Under the pieces are notes generated by a model. The model had not been told where the DNA came from and made no database searches. It worked only from the letters and a program-made list of their open reading frames with translations. Both the position numbers and the translations under genes were made by a program. A stretch of 64,000 nt of DNA, taken from positions 62,001 through 126,000 of the forward strand of contig MU057503.1 in NCBI GenBank assembly GCA_013265495.1, given 5' to 3'. Source of the DNA: Vicugna vicugna. Its lineage: Eukaryota. Below are positions 12,997 to 26,508 of this stretch, piece after piece; position 1 is the first letter of the stretch, and every line of letters starts with the position of its first letter.

Positions 12997-14109
12997 CTAA
13001 ATAATAACAGATAATGTAAGCAAAGAAATTGAGAGGAGAGCCATGCCCCAAACAGGGGAATCCGAATGTTTATTTCCTACAGTTAGTTCTGCCTGGGCCT
13101 CTCCTATATCCCTAAGGGGGCCTCCTAGGCAAGCCTCAATAAACACCCCACCCAGTCAACTAGGAAGGGTTGACAGAGCCACACCGACCACTGATCCTGG
13201 TAATTTAGGAGACTCTTAAGCTAAATTTTCCTATGGAAATGCACTGAAACTGGCCTCACACTAAATTATCATTGTTTCTGTTGTTTTCAACCACTTACTG
13301 GGTGCCTACAAACACCAGATTACATGGCACCCTCATCTCTCAATGAAGAAGGCATTTTAATCTCCGTGTGTGCTTGCCACTGGTAGGGAACAGAGGCTCA
13401 TCATGGTTAAGTGACTTGTCATTTTATGGGCTTGTGATCTTAGGGAAGCAATTTAACCTATCTGAGCCAGTTCTGAAATGTATAAAATGGGAAAAACTTC
13501 TGGAGCCTGTGCAGTACCCATGCCCCTTGCACTCTGCCTGGCCCACACTAGACCCTCAATTAGCATTTGTTGAATAAATGAAATTCACAAAATCTAAATG
13601 GGATGAGAAGTAGAAATCCTGTATGAACTCACTAGGACATTCTGTGGCAAACGGTGGCTCAGTCATCTTCATCCAGAGTTATACACTGGTAAGCACCAAG
13701 CCAGGAATTCCAATTTTGTCTCCCTGTCTCCAAATGCCAAAATTCCCTTCACTATTCCATATCATGTTTCTGATCACAGCAATGTTATGTTTCCAGACTA
13801 ATCTGGAGACTAAAGACATACCAGAGCAAAAATTCAGTGTCTCCCAAGCATGACTGCTTAATACCTATCAGAGAAGCTGAGAAGTAGAAGAAAATTCTAC
13901 CCAAGTCAGATCTTTCAATCGAATTCCTCAACAATCCTTAAACAAAGTTCCCTATGACATTTATTAGAAGGATTAGCAGTCTATAATTTGTAGAATCCCC
14001 ATTAAATTTAGGTAGATTTCCAAAAGAATTCAATTACACAGCTCCATCTTTTGTCAAGGCAGAATGTGTGAGATTATTTTTATTAGATGGTTAAGATTTA
14101 TTGAATTGT

Positions 14110-14330
14110 AACTATTTTCCAGGCAATGTTTTAACCACTTCATGTGGATTAACATCTTTAACCCTATGACAACCCTATTGTCTAAGTACTACTAATGTCC
14201 TTATTTTCCAGTGGAGAAGTGATATATACAGAGGTCAAGGAACATGCTCGAAGTTATACTGTGACTAAGGGCTTAGCTGAGATTTAAATGCAGGCATTCC
14301 AGTGTTAGAGACCACTGTGCTATGTAATCC
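14110..14330. mobile_element. MIR SINE
   Basis: MIR core and 3' motifs. Confidence 0.65.
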
Positions 14331-16152
14331 CTCTCTATCTGCCTTTCCCAACTCTTTTGCTTTCAAAGAAACTTAAGAAGTAGCTATGTGTAAAATTGTG
14401 CCTAACAAGTTTTTTCAACACTGTGATGACTGTACCATGTTAGGTTACCTCCCATCCGCCTGTGACATAACCCCAGAGTCTTCCAAAACTAAAAGCCTTC
14501 TTTATCTCCCTGAAAATACTAAGCACCTTTTGCATCTTCCTTACACAATTGCCATTTGAATAGGGCCGCTCTCTAATTGCATTTGCAAATTCACTTAGGA
14601 AAGAAACAGGTACTGTTAAAGGCACACCCGACATTCTTTAAAGCCAAGTGATCAGTATGCAGAGCTTAGACCTTGGAACTAATCATAAACAGAAATTTTT
14701 CCACCTGCTGAACTTCTCAAAGAATCTGACCAGCTCAAAGATTATCTGACTGGAAACTTTTCTTTCATCTGTAAAATCTGCCCAGGATAACATCTCCAGA
14801 GCCACCACGCTGCACAACCCCAGCACGTAGCATTCGTGTTATCTACCTGAAGGGAGCTGCCTGGATGGATGCAGGGCACACCCTGAGCAGCCGTGGGCAG
14901 CTGCCCAGACCCATCTACTGGCAATGTCATAGCGATTTTCTCTGCCTGCCCCACAATCTTACTCCCCAAGTCTCTTCTTGATGGTATCCATTTCTTGGAG
15001 ACCCTTAGCCAAATTATCCGTTAAAATTTTAAGCTCCCTTATGTTTACCATGTAATCAATAGTTTTTTTTTTCTTTCCTGTAGAAAACAAATGTAACTAG
15101 CAAGTTATGATTGCTGTTTCTTGTTAAGATGTGTGTGTCATTCTCTAGATGATATAGTTCAATACAGAGAGAATGAGCCAAATTCCTGTAAGAAGCATCT
15201 CTGCCCCAAATTATGCCAGCTTCATGTTTAACATTGCAACTACAAAGCAGAAAGAGGCCTGCCTCTGGAACCACCTCAACAGAGGCACGTGATCAGTCTT
15301 AGGTGTCATTCCTGCCAATCACCTCTGTTCAGGAAAGCTCAACAAAGAGGAAAGATCACCACAGCCCTATGAAGGAACGGCCTGTATCCCTCTCTACTAC
15401 CAAAAAAAAAAAAAAAAAAAGTCAAGATCTGGCTGTAGAAAAGAAATTATGGAAAAGAACCCACAACGAGAGTTGATGCCCATGTGGTACTGTATAAACA
15501 TTCTAAAATACTGTTTTAGATACAGAACAAAGAAGCAGAGGAGTAACCTCCTCCTGATTTACGTATCTGGGTATTCTTGATCTGTTTGTCTTAATTTAAA
15601 ATATACATTAAGATTAGTCCAAAAGGAGACACACTTAATATCTGTCATCCTGTAAGGCAATGTCCCAGACCTCCAGCTATATCCAGTGCCATGGAATCTT
15701 ATCACCATGGGGCTGACAGCTTCTCCATTAAGCCTCTGCTCCCTCAGCACGGACTGGACAAGGAAGCCTGTGTTCTCGTTTCATGAGAAAGTGGTCTGAT
15801 AGTTTTGCCTCAGCCAGATGGACTTGACCTTGATTGATGTCCAACCTGGAAGTGTTAGTAAAATCATCAACTACAAATGCAAGTTTATTTAGAAGCCTCT
15901 TCTCAGTGGGGTGTAAGCATAAAATGATTTTTTCTTTCTCTCCAAAACATCCTCCCTTTTCCAGGGGAGCAGAGCATTTAAGCGTCTTGGCAGGCTCTAT
16001 AACTTCTTAATCAACTTTTGTTTTTAACATTTTGTCCAAGTCTCATTTCCAACCTCCTATCAGATGCAAAGCATTCCCTTCTCATCACTGTTCAGGCTGT
16101 GGTAGAAAGTATGTGAAGGGAGTGGAAGAAAATACACTCTCAACAGAGTGAA

Positions 16153-16270
16153 AATATATTTTTATATATATATATATAAATATATATAATATATATTTTT
16201 ATTTTTAATATTTTTAATATTTATTTTTATTTTATATATATATATAAATATATATTAAAATATATATATA
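16153..16270. repeat. AT-only (TA)n-rich low-complexity tract
   Basis: ~118 nt containing only A and T. Confidence 0.95.
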
Positions 16271-18035
16271 TGCCCAAAGCCCTTTTTGTGGGGTTGCCCC
16301 TCATACCCTACAGAAGGCCACTTAAGTTCAGCTACGTTTTGGTACCCACGTGACCGATGAGAAATTCCCGCTTCCTTCCTCGCCACGCCAAGTGGTGGGA
16401 ATGAAGGCTACGCCTCCTCTGCCTCCTTTCTCACTCCAGTTCTCCTTGTCTCTGCTGAAATAAGCCCAGGGATGTATCAGGTCTTGGCCAAATCTAACAC
16501 CTACCCTGGAGTGACAGTTTCCCCTTCTTGCAGGCACTCTGAGTTTCTAAGAGGAGTTCTCTCAGGTCCCCCTGATTTCACCTGGAGAAGCTGAAACACT
16601 TCCCTTCTGCTTAGCATCATTCTCCCACCATCACAGCACCGCACTCCTAGGGGCTGCCCTCCATGTGCCTGCAAAGCTCCTCCTTCTCTCATACCATCTT
16701 CCTTTATAGACTGGAACTGGGACCAGCGGGCTGGGATAACTGACTAGAGATAGCAAGGCTTCTGCCTCTTAGTCCTCAGCCAAGTGTGTGGCTCCCAATT
16801 ATGGTGGCTGTCTTAAGAATAGAGGTTTAATCTTTCTGTCCCTAGCTTTGAGATCTAGTCTCTACATCTCAGGCAGTAGGGAAAAAAAATGCAGCTGAAC
16901 ATCCTGCTACATGTAGAAACAGGATCCAAGGCTTGAGGAGGCAAAGGGCTGCCTTTTCCATGATCTCTGGGATAAAGTTGGTAAGGACTAAAAATCTCTA
17001 GGATGTGACAAGATTAAAAAAAATCAAATATAGACTCTGACCTAATAATCCTTTTGGGGGTGGTTTTAAAACTGTTTATACAGAGCCTGAGATCTAAAGA
17101 GTGATTTCCTCTGGCTAAAGAAGGGGGCCTTTATTAAAATAGGACCACCAAGCAGTGCAGAGACAAGGGGGTTTTGTCACACTGATCTCGATTAACATTA
17201 AGAGAGCCTTTTCTTAGTTACCTGATGTAGCCAATTAGAAATCACTCCTCCTAGTGCCAGTATGATTCCTTCCCCGATGAAAGATCAAATATGTTGTGAC
17301 ATAAATGCTGAGCTCCTCTTGTTGAGGTGTTTATGGATTTTTTTTAAACATCTAGCCTGACAAATCTTTTAAAATTTATATTTTCTATGACCCCATTACC
17401 GGACACTATAATCTTAGGGTGACTTGCTCCTGTCTGGTCCATGCCTAACTGGTGCACTTCAGCTGAGTGGGCACAACCCAGCCTGATACTGAGCTAAGCC
17501 TTAGCACAGACTTCACAGTATTCCTTAATATATCATATGCTTTTGGTTCCAAGACAAAAACACTCATGAACCTGCTCTGTGTTCTTGATGTAAATCCCAG
17601 TAATATTCCCTCAGGTTCCTTACTGTAGTCTCTTAAGAATCAGCATGGATAGAAATTGGCTCTTGAGACTTAAAATTCAGGTCCTATAAATGGCGAAGAA
17701 CAAGGGAGAAGACATAGCTCTTTTAGGCAATTTTGTAAACCCTTTAGAAAGAGGTTTTAAAACCAGGTTCTACAGATCCCTGTCATTCCAGAGGTTATGG
17801 CAGCAGCCTTTTTATTGGTGGGAAATTCAGAAGTGTGGCTCTCTCCCCCTTCTCCCTCCCCTGACACACCGTCGACCAGAGTAGATCAGATTTCATCAGC
17901 TGTGCATGTTAGGCTTAGTATTTTATATGTGGAAGATGGTTTTGTTGCAAAAATATTAACACTTTCTATATGAATTTCTCTAGATGTACTGAATAAATAC
18001 CCTCTCGCCTTATCAAATAAGAATAAAAGTTGTCT

Positions 18036-18348
18036 CTATGATCAAAAATACAACATGTAACAAATGTTGGTCAGGACGTGGAGAAAAGGGAACCCTCGTA
18101 CACTGTTGGTGGGAATGTAAAGTGATGCAGCTCCTGTGGAGGGGTGGAGTGTGGAGGTTTCTCAATAAACTAAAAATAGAACTGCTATATGACCCAGCAG
18201 TTCCACTCCTGGGTATAAATCCAAAAAAACCAAAAACACTAATTTAAAAAGATACATGCACCCCAGTGTTCACAGCAGCATTATTTACAATTGCCAAGCT
18301 ATGAAAGCAACTTAAGTGTCCATCAACAGATTGGATAAAGAAGATGTG

Positions 18349-18385
<37 letters not shown>

Positions 18386-18843
18386 GGAATACTATTCAGC
18401 CATAAAAATGAATGAAATAATGCCATTGCAGCACCATGGATGGACTTGGAGGGCATTATGCTAAGTGAAGTAAGTCAAAAAAAAGACAAATACTGTATAC
18501 TATCACTTAGATGTGGAATCTAAAAACACAAAAAAACACTGACTATAACAAAAAAGAAGAAGACTCGTAGATATAGAGAACAAACTAGTGGTTACCAGTG
18601 GAGAAAGGGAAGGGGGTAGGGGAAGTATAGTGAGAGGGGGCTAAGAGGTACAAACTATTATGTATAAAATAAATAAGCTACAAAGACTTATTATACAACA
18701 TGAGGAATAGTAGCCAATGTTTTGTAATAACTATAAATGGAGTATAACCTTTAAAAATTGTGAATCACTACATTGTACATCTGTAACATATAATATTGTC
18801 CATCAACTGTACTTCAATAAAAAATTTTAATAAATTTTTACAA
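18036..18843 (+). mobile_element. 5'-truncated L1 (ORF2 C-terminal end plus 3' UTR) with internal (CA)n at 18351-18382
   Basis: Translation [11 protein letters not shown]...[19 protein letters not shown] is L1 ORF2 C-terminus; TSD aagaataaaagttgtct (18019-18035) / aagaataaaagctgcct (18844-18860). Confidence 0.95.
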
Positions 18844-21800
18844 AAGAATAAAAGCTGCCTGAAGGAGCAACTGAACTTTTTTACCAATTACTATCATAAA
18901 AAACAATGTGTTAATAACTATGCCAAAATGCAGTCACCACTTATGTGATTCATTCTTTAGTATTCATCTCTACCAAATAACTTCCTTCACCTCTTACTCA
19001 GCTGTAGAAATGCCTTCACAGAACTATACTTTAGTATTATGTCTTGGTTTTTATCAGGGTCTAATTTCAGGAAACTCAATATGACTAACATTTCTTCCTT
19101 GTCCCTTATGTAACAATACATGCCATGACCTCCTCTTTAGAGCTGAGGGCTGGAAAAATCTTCTATGTTTCCTTTTTAAGATATCAAGGAAGTTGTAATT
19201 TAGATTTGCCTTCAGCTACCAATAAACTAGAAGTTAAATCTCATGCTTAAAGGCACAGGGTCAGGGAGGAGGACCTATATTCAAGATGCTGCGTTTTCTG
19301 ACCCAGTTACCAATTATCACCCAGCTCTCCATTAATTCCACCAACATTAATTGAGTACTAAGGTGCCAAGTACTGTGGGAGACACCAAGGGAACAAAGGT
19401 TATTAAAACATGATACTCTCCCTAAAAGAGATCTTGGTTGAATGGCTCTTGTTCTTTCATTTTTGTGAACTTTCTGTATATATCTACCTTTATTTGTAAC
19501 CTATCTGACACTTGTTTTCAATAACAGATATATTACAGGTAAACAAATGAGTTGATTAAGCATGTTCTGAAAGAGAAGGCATTGATTTAAATTTACGTAG
19601 AGGGGTAGATAAGTTATATCATGTTCTTTTCTCTTAGCCTCCTGAATCATCTCACAGATTGAGCTTCTCTTCCAATCCATCCTACAATCTGATTAATTTT
19701 CCTAACAGGCCTTTTCTGATCACATCACTCATCTACTCAAAAGTATTAACTGTCACACCACACACTTGCCCTCAAAATAAAATCAACAACACAGAAGCAA
19801 GTCAGAGACAGTCTTAGTGCAAAGAACATGGAACCTACCTAAATGCTTCACCCCTCATACGTGCTTATGAACTGACAGGACGGGGTGACCCATTCCTAGA
19901 CTAAAACAGGCATATCCAAATGCTGAAACTCTTATCACTTAAAAAAAATGGTTACAATAGATACATGTGTACTTTCGCCTAACATTCAGCTAATTTTTCA
20001 TCCATTTGGGATCTTATAACCACCATGCATGTTATTTACTTTATTTCCCAGTTCTGAGATACATTCATATCACCACCACCATCAAAGGGGGAGGGGAGAC
20101 TGATTTTGCAGTTTCTCATCTAGCTTCAAATGTGCCCAAAATGTGACTCCTGGAGTCAGAGGGACTCTAAGAGATCCCTTGAGAGGCAGACTGGCCCTTC
20201 CTTTAGGCAAGAAAAACATTCTTTTTATCCTTTACAAATTCAACAACTTTAGCACATCAAGGTTCAAGGTCACCCAGCCAGTCAGCACCTATCTTGCTGG
20301 CTTCCGCTTCCTGCCATGGTGCCTTTGTGAAGCATGACGCCATGAGGCAGTACTGAAAGCAGTCCACGGTGACTGTCCACTGTCCATCTGTGCAGTCCTC
20401 TTGCAAATTAGTCCTTAGTTGAAAGTCTCCACAGAGAAAGATGATGTTCCTGGATTTTGTTACTTGCAGAGAAGCCTAAGACAACGTAATCTCTACACAA
20501 AGAAAGGTCTCTATTTTAAACACAGGAGATTGCCCAGAATGACAATATATATGGCCCATCTGTAATATCTGATGCGTGTATAGTTATTTAGAGTCATATA
20601 GAAAAGACTTGATACTTTACGATAAGATTTTAGTAGCAATTTCATAACGCAGTTATGTATTATCACTGAGAAGAAAATCTTTCAGCCAGTTTACCCTGAT
20701 TTCAACTGTAATTTTTCCACTTTTCTAGCCAGAAAAAGTGTTAGGAAGCTAATTTCCTTCTCTTCCAGATTTGTGTATCTGGTACATAGAATAGAAATCT
20801 TAATTTCTACACACTCTTGAGCCCGACCAGGCTTCTAGGTCATACATCAGAATAGATTCTATTATTTAGAGAAGCATATTTATGTGGTTAGGAATACTAA
20901 CAAGACTCAAGAAATAAATTCTTCGGTTATGTTTCATTTAGTTATCAGATACAGTTACCCAGTGAACTAGAGAAACAAAATGATGTTAGCCTTTAGATGT
21001 TTCTGGATCTAGGGAGGGATGAGAGTCACAATGCAAGGCTGTAGTGCAAAATATTTTCAATAAAGCAGACATTTCTGATTTAGCACTTTCCTCTGAAACA
21101 GCAGGCCTATCGGTCAAATACACAGCAGACTGATGTTGCTTTGGAAAATGTGCAAACACCTTATGCTGCAATCGGCTGTATCTGGAGGGGGAAAAAGATG
21201 ACGTCTGGAAGGTTTTTCCTGCCACACTCATTAGACAGCATTTTTTAATTACATTCACATTCTCAGATTACTTATTTGTATGCACAGTGAACAATGCAGA
21301 GAAAAAAACTGAAGTGGGTATGATTTGCTGCAAACTACTAGGGAAAATGGGAACTTAACATCAATTCCTTACACAGATAAAGCAGCTGAGGAGGATGAAG
21401 ACATCCAGGAAGATGAGGCACCAGGACACTCCTCAAACTCAGGAATTCACTCTTGACCAAAAGGGTAACACTAAAATGTGACCAAACATTCACTATTTAG
21501 AGATATTACTTATTTGTTGATTGCCTGTGGCATAAAGAGGTCTCAGATTCTCTGGAAACTTGGAACCCAAAATTGTCTCATCTGGATCTGAAGGATAGAT
21601 AAGAACATTCTGATAGTGTTCTCCTCTGCATAGTAATTCCTCTCCTGCTTAAAGATCTGTGTTATGCTATTCTGCAGTTCAGGGTCGCTCTCCCACAGAA
21701 GTGAGGCATCGCGCTCTGATGGGGGCAGTGAATAATTTTCAGCTATTTGTACACAGCTGCAGCTACTTGCATGGGTAATTGCTTTTGCCCAAATCACCAG

Positions 21801-22599
21801 CATAATTGTGGCTCTAAAGACATAGATTTGAAAGCCACTGAAGTGTCAAATTATATTACAACAATAGAGCCAGTTCTCCAGAAAATATTCATGTTTTAAT
21901 TTCAATCAAACTTCAAGAATGTGTTGAACCCTTGCTCTAGGGCCCAAAACAAAAGCCACAACGTTGTGACATGTCAATGTCTAGCATAACAAACAGGAGG
22001 GATGCTAGCTGCATATATGACAGTAAGACTCCACGAATAATTCTAGTACCACCTCCTCGCCCAGTACGTGGCATTCAATAATTTTGTTCTTAATGAATGA
22101 ATGCAACTTTTAATTTCTACAGTTCAAATTAGAAATTTGGGATCTCAAGGTAGAAGGACCAGCTATGGTTCTTCTGAGAGGTGGTTGCTGTTCAAAGCAG
22201 AGTGATGACTACAACAAAACTGGATTTATCTGCTACCTCTAGCATACATTTGGCACACTGACCCCCTTGACCTATCACATCACATTATTGTATCAGCTGA
22301 AGAGGAGCATTGGTCCCTGCTCTGGAAAATATTCCAATCTCATTAGACAAGATTTCTGAGAAGAACAGTAACAGGAACATAAAATCAAAATGCTAAATCA
22401 GTTTGTGATACAAACAAAGCAATGTAGTAGGGGAGAAGAGAATATAAGCTACAGAGTATAAAGACTTATGTTCGAGTCCCAAGGACTGCCATTTATGTGC
22501 TCTTGGTCAAATCACTGGAACTCCACCGTGAGAATACTAATACTATATTTTCATTAGTAGTAATAGATTGCCTGTGGATGAACAACTGTGGGGTTGTTG

Positions 22600-22980
22600 T
22601 TATACGACTTACGTCCAGGAGTATAGAGTTCTCGGAGTTGGTTTGGTGATTTAAGGATGCCCAAGTCATGGTCACTTAGAGTTCTCTTGGCCTTTCCCTC
22701 TGGTCCTAAGAAACCTGTGACAGCTCTAACGACTGTGATAACAAGGAGCAAGGGGAACAAGAGGGGGCAGAGGCTTTACTGGAAGAGAAAAAGCTCTTCA
22801 GATCCGAGAAAGACTTGTTCACAGTTCACTGGCCACAACTGAGTCATATACCACTGGTAGCAAGGGAGGTTAGGAAATGCAGGTTTTTGAAACTGGACAC
22901 ATCTCCAGTCCAGTCAAAATTGCAGTTATGTTAGTAAAGAACGGAGAATGGAATGAATAGGTAACTGGCAATGTCTGCCT
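22600..22980 (-). mobile_element. Old MaLR LTR (MLT1J/K-like)
   Basis: cactggccacaactgagtcatat...gcaagggagg.taggaaatgcag...ggcaatgtctgcc motifs. Confidence 0.6.
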
Positions 22981-23061
22981 TAATATTCTTTACAAAGTTA
23001 GCATTATATGAAACAACAGATTTCAAAGTGTTTTGTCAACCATAATGCTAAACAAAGTTGA

Positions 23062-23489
23062 TTTTTTTTATTGAGGGACAGTTGATGTACAAGATTATAT
23101 AAGTCTCAGGTGTACAATACAGTGATTCACTATTTTTAAAGGTTCTATCCCATTTATAGTTATAAAATATTCCCTCTGTTGTACAGCATATCCTTGTAGC
23201 TTATTTATTTTATACCCAGTAGTTTATATCTCTTAATCCTGTACCCTTATCTTGTCCTCTCTCCCTTCCCTCTCCCCACTGGTAACCACTAGTTTGTTCT
23301 CTGTATCTGTGAGTCTGTCTTCTTTTTGTTATATTCACTAGTTTGTTTTTTTTTTAGATCCCACATCCTAGTGATATATTTGTCTGCCTCTATCTGACTT
23401 ATTTTAATTAGCATAATATCTTCCAAGTCTAACCATGTTGTTGCAAATGGCAAAATTTTCATTCTTTTTTATGACCGAGTAGTATTCCA
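23062..23489 (-). mobile_element. 5'-truncated L1 3' UTR
   Basis: Reverse-complement homology to 18400-18830; TSD aaagttga (23054-23061 / 23490-23497). Confidence 0.92.
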
Positions 23490-24329
23490 AAAGTTGAATT
23501 TTTTTCCCTTTAAAGTAGAATAAATATACTATTTTCATGTACATACAGTATCATAGAAAAAGACCTTAAGATAAAACATACTAGATTTTAACTAATATAT
23601 AAGCATATTACCTAATATGTAGTATATTAGGTCACACTTGAAGCAAATAAGAGAAATGAATTTCTTTTCCTTTTGTATTTGAGATAATGTAAGTTAAAAA
23701 TGTATGAGATTCAGTTCTGGTCTATCATACTGAGGTAAAGTATAGAAATTTTTCACTTTTTGCTTTATTTTCTTATGTAAACACACTTTACCTTTGATGA
23801 TTCAGGTTTTTGTCTAAAACTGGGGTATATATGCTTTTATTTCATTTACATGTGATAAAATTTAATAGTAATTATGTGGTTTGTGAATTAAAATGCCTTG
23901 AAACACTATATGCTCCTTAAAAAAATAAAAGCAACTATAAAAGAGGAACTATAAAAAAATTTAAGCACAAAATGCAAAATAATTTATCTTTAGTATCCAC
24001 GGATATATAAGACATATTTTTTCTTTCAAGAAGTCAGAATTTTTTCATATCCTAGAAAATGGTTTGGGAAAAGGATGATTTTCTTTAAGAAGTCAATGCA
24101 GGAAAGAAGAAATTAGGAAAATATTCTGTCTCAGTGACAATTTAATTACAGTGCCCTGTGAAGAAGCAGTTGGCACAATTAGCTGATTTTTATTGAATAT
24201 CAGAGCAGAGATAGAGATTAAAATGCAATTTGAACACATATGAAGTTAAAGTAGTGAGTGACATTAAGGAGCAGATGTTTAGAAAGCTTCAGAAATCACC
24301 TTGCCTGCACTTACATCTGACAGTGGCCA

Positions 24330-24770
24330 ATAAGACCTCTGCAATCAGCTTGCCTCCCTCATTACGCCTCGAACTCCCTAAGGCTCACCAGTTCTCTACC
24401 ACCTCAGGGCTTCTGCACTTACTGTCCCCTCCCCATTTTTCCATATGGCTGTTTTCTTCGCATCATCCCAGTGCTGACTTAAATGTCACCTCCATAGAGA
24501 TGCCTTCTCTGAACATCCTGACTAAATAGCTGACCTCCTCCGGCTCTTCCCACCCTGAAAGAGTCCTTCACCATCATCTTGTTTTTATTTCATAGCATTT
24601 ACAATAATTTGACATATTTGACTTGATTTGTTTATGCTATCCCTCCCCACTAGACTATAAGCTCCACAAAAGCAGGTATACCTTCTGTCTTATTTATAGC
24701 TCTATCTCCAGTACCTAGAACAGGGTTCATCACAAAGTAAGTGCTCCACAAATATTTGTTGAGTGGAGAA
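24330..24770 (-). mobile_element. L2a LINE 3' end
   Basis: aaatgtcacctcc..agagatgccttc...ctagactataagctcc...aaatatttgttga. Confidence 0.8.
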
Positions 24771-26389
24771 AAAAGATATGTGTGGTCTATAAACCATGAA
24801 TTTATATAACCATATTTGGAAAGGACTAAGCTGCTGCCTATAGGTGTACTTGGTAGAGAGTTTCTTAAATCACAAGTGTTATTTTCATATAATAGTTCAT
24901 TAAAACATATTATCTGGGTGTAATTCTACTAAGGGAAGGATTCTAAATACCTCAAGAAAACAGCTGAAGAGCTGACCCAGACATTCTCCTGATGAGCTCT
25001 TCACAATTTATTAGCATGTAAGAACATATTTTTCCAGGCACTGCCTACTCTCCAAGGGAACAGAGTAGTCTCAGATCTATAAAGCTAAATTCCTCAGACT
25101 AAGGACTCTGAAATTGCTATGTCCCCCTGAACCTACATCTTGCATCATAGATCTAGGTCTCTGTTCTTCAGATTTCTTTCCTACCCAACCCAGTTTAAGA
25201 TATACTTGTGAAAATGTAACTGATCTCATTTTGGATGTTTCTTTTTTTTTCACAGCTATTCTCTCACCTTTAGTTTCCAAGACAGGACAGTAAAGGTAAG
25301 ATATCCAGTTAAAAGCGAAACACAACATTAACCTCCTTATTTGTCTTCATCACTTCCAGTACAAATGAAAAGGCAACGGCACTGGAAGATAGGAAGCATC
25401 CAACTCCCTCCTCAACTCATTTAAAGCAAAAAAAAGGAAACGTTTGTCTTTCACTGAAATATTGCAGTTTAGAAGTAAAAGGTAATAACTTCACATATCA
25501 TTCAGGTATGACAACTGAATTCTTAATCCAATGTGGAGTTCTAAAAAAATTATTTGAGTTCAGGCTGACAAAAGACTTGTTACAGAAGAAACATAATTTC
25601 TTCCTGTCCCATGGTGTAACTTGACATAGCACTGAAGAACTCTTCTGTTTCTGTAAATGCATTAGATGTGGCTAAAAGACAGTTTTTAAAGGCTCAAGTT
25701 GCTTCCTTAAAGTATTGACTCACCCAGTGCTATCGTCAATCACTTGCCAAAAGGTGGGTTCAGGGAGAATAAAACAGAAACAAATAACTAAACAAAGGAT
25801 TTTAATAATCCTGAAGAAACTAACATTCAATGTAATGGCCATTAATAAAAATATTCATGCTATCATAACCAGCAGAACTGCCACCATAAACTGAGTAGAC
25901 TATGGTGAATTACTGAGCATCATAAAATTCTTAAGTATCTTGTAGGATGCATTTCCGCCATTTAGGAATTATAACTCAGGAAGAAATATACTGAAAAGAA
26001 CAGCCTGCTCCTTTGAGTGTCAGAACTCCAAGTTGTTTTAATAGAAAGCCACAATAAATATTTTTTATGGCAGGATCTGAATAATAGCCTTGCATTCTCT
26101 ATCAGAGCCCAACTTCTGAACTAAGCTCAGTGCAAACAAAAGAAGGTAGTAGAGGAAGATAATGTTTGATGCTCTTATCTTCCCCCATGATATGCCTATT
26201 CCTACACCCTTGGATGCCCCCTCCCTGGAGCTCCTGTCTTCAAGCATCTCCTCTCACCTCTGTACCCTTACCCAATACATTCAGGTTAAGCAGTAAGTAC
26301 TGAACATATTTTGTACTTCCAGAATCCCAATCAGATCCCATGTTTTTAGAGCTCAGAGGGCAAAGAGGTTGGTATTAAGAATATACCTG

Positions 26390-26508
26390 GGGGATAGGGT
26401 ATAGCTCAGTGGTAGAGGACATGCTTAACGTACATGAGGTCCTGGGTTCAATCCCCAGTACCTCCATTAAATAAGTAAACAAATCTAATTACCACCCCCC
26501 CCAAAAAA
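26390..26508 (+). mobile_element. Full-length tRNA-derived camelid SINE (Vic-1-like)
   Basis: A box tagctcagtggt (~26402), B box ggttcaatccc (~26445), A-tail; TSD aagaatatacctg (26377-26389) / aagaatatatctg (26509-26521). Confidence 0.93.

Noticed and set aside
16153..16270. AT-rich cruciform/palindrome as a functional element
   Set aside because: Self-complementarity is trivial for TA-rich microsatellite sequence.
20986..21803. Coding exons in the 90 aa and 86 aa minus-strand ORFs
   Set aside because: No recognisable homology and no convincing flanking splice-site pair.
26390..26465. tRNA gene
   Set aside because: The tRNA-like head is followed by a SINE body, A-tail and TSD, and related copies occur at 11158 and 39596.
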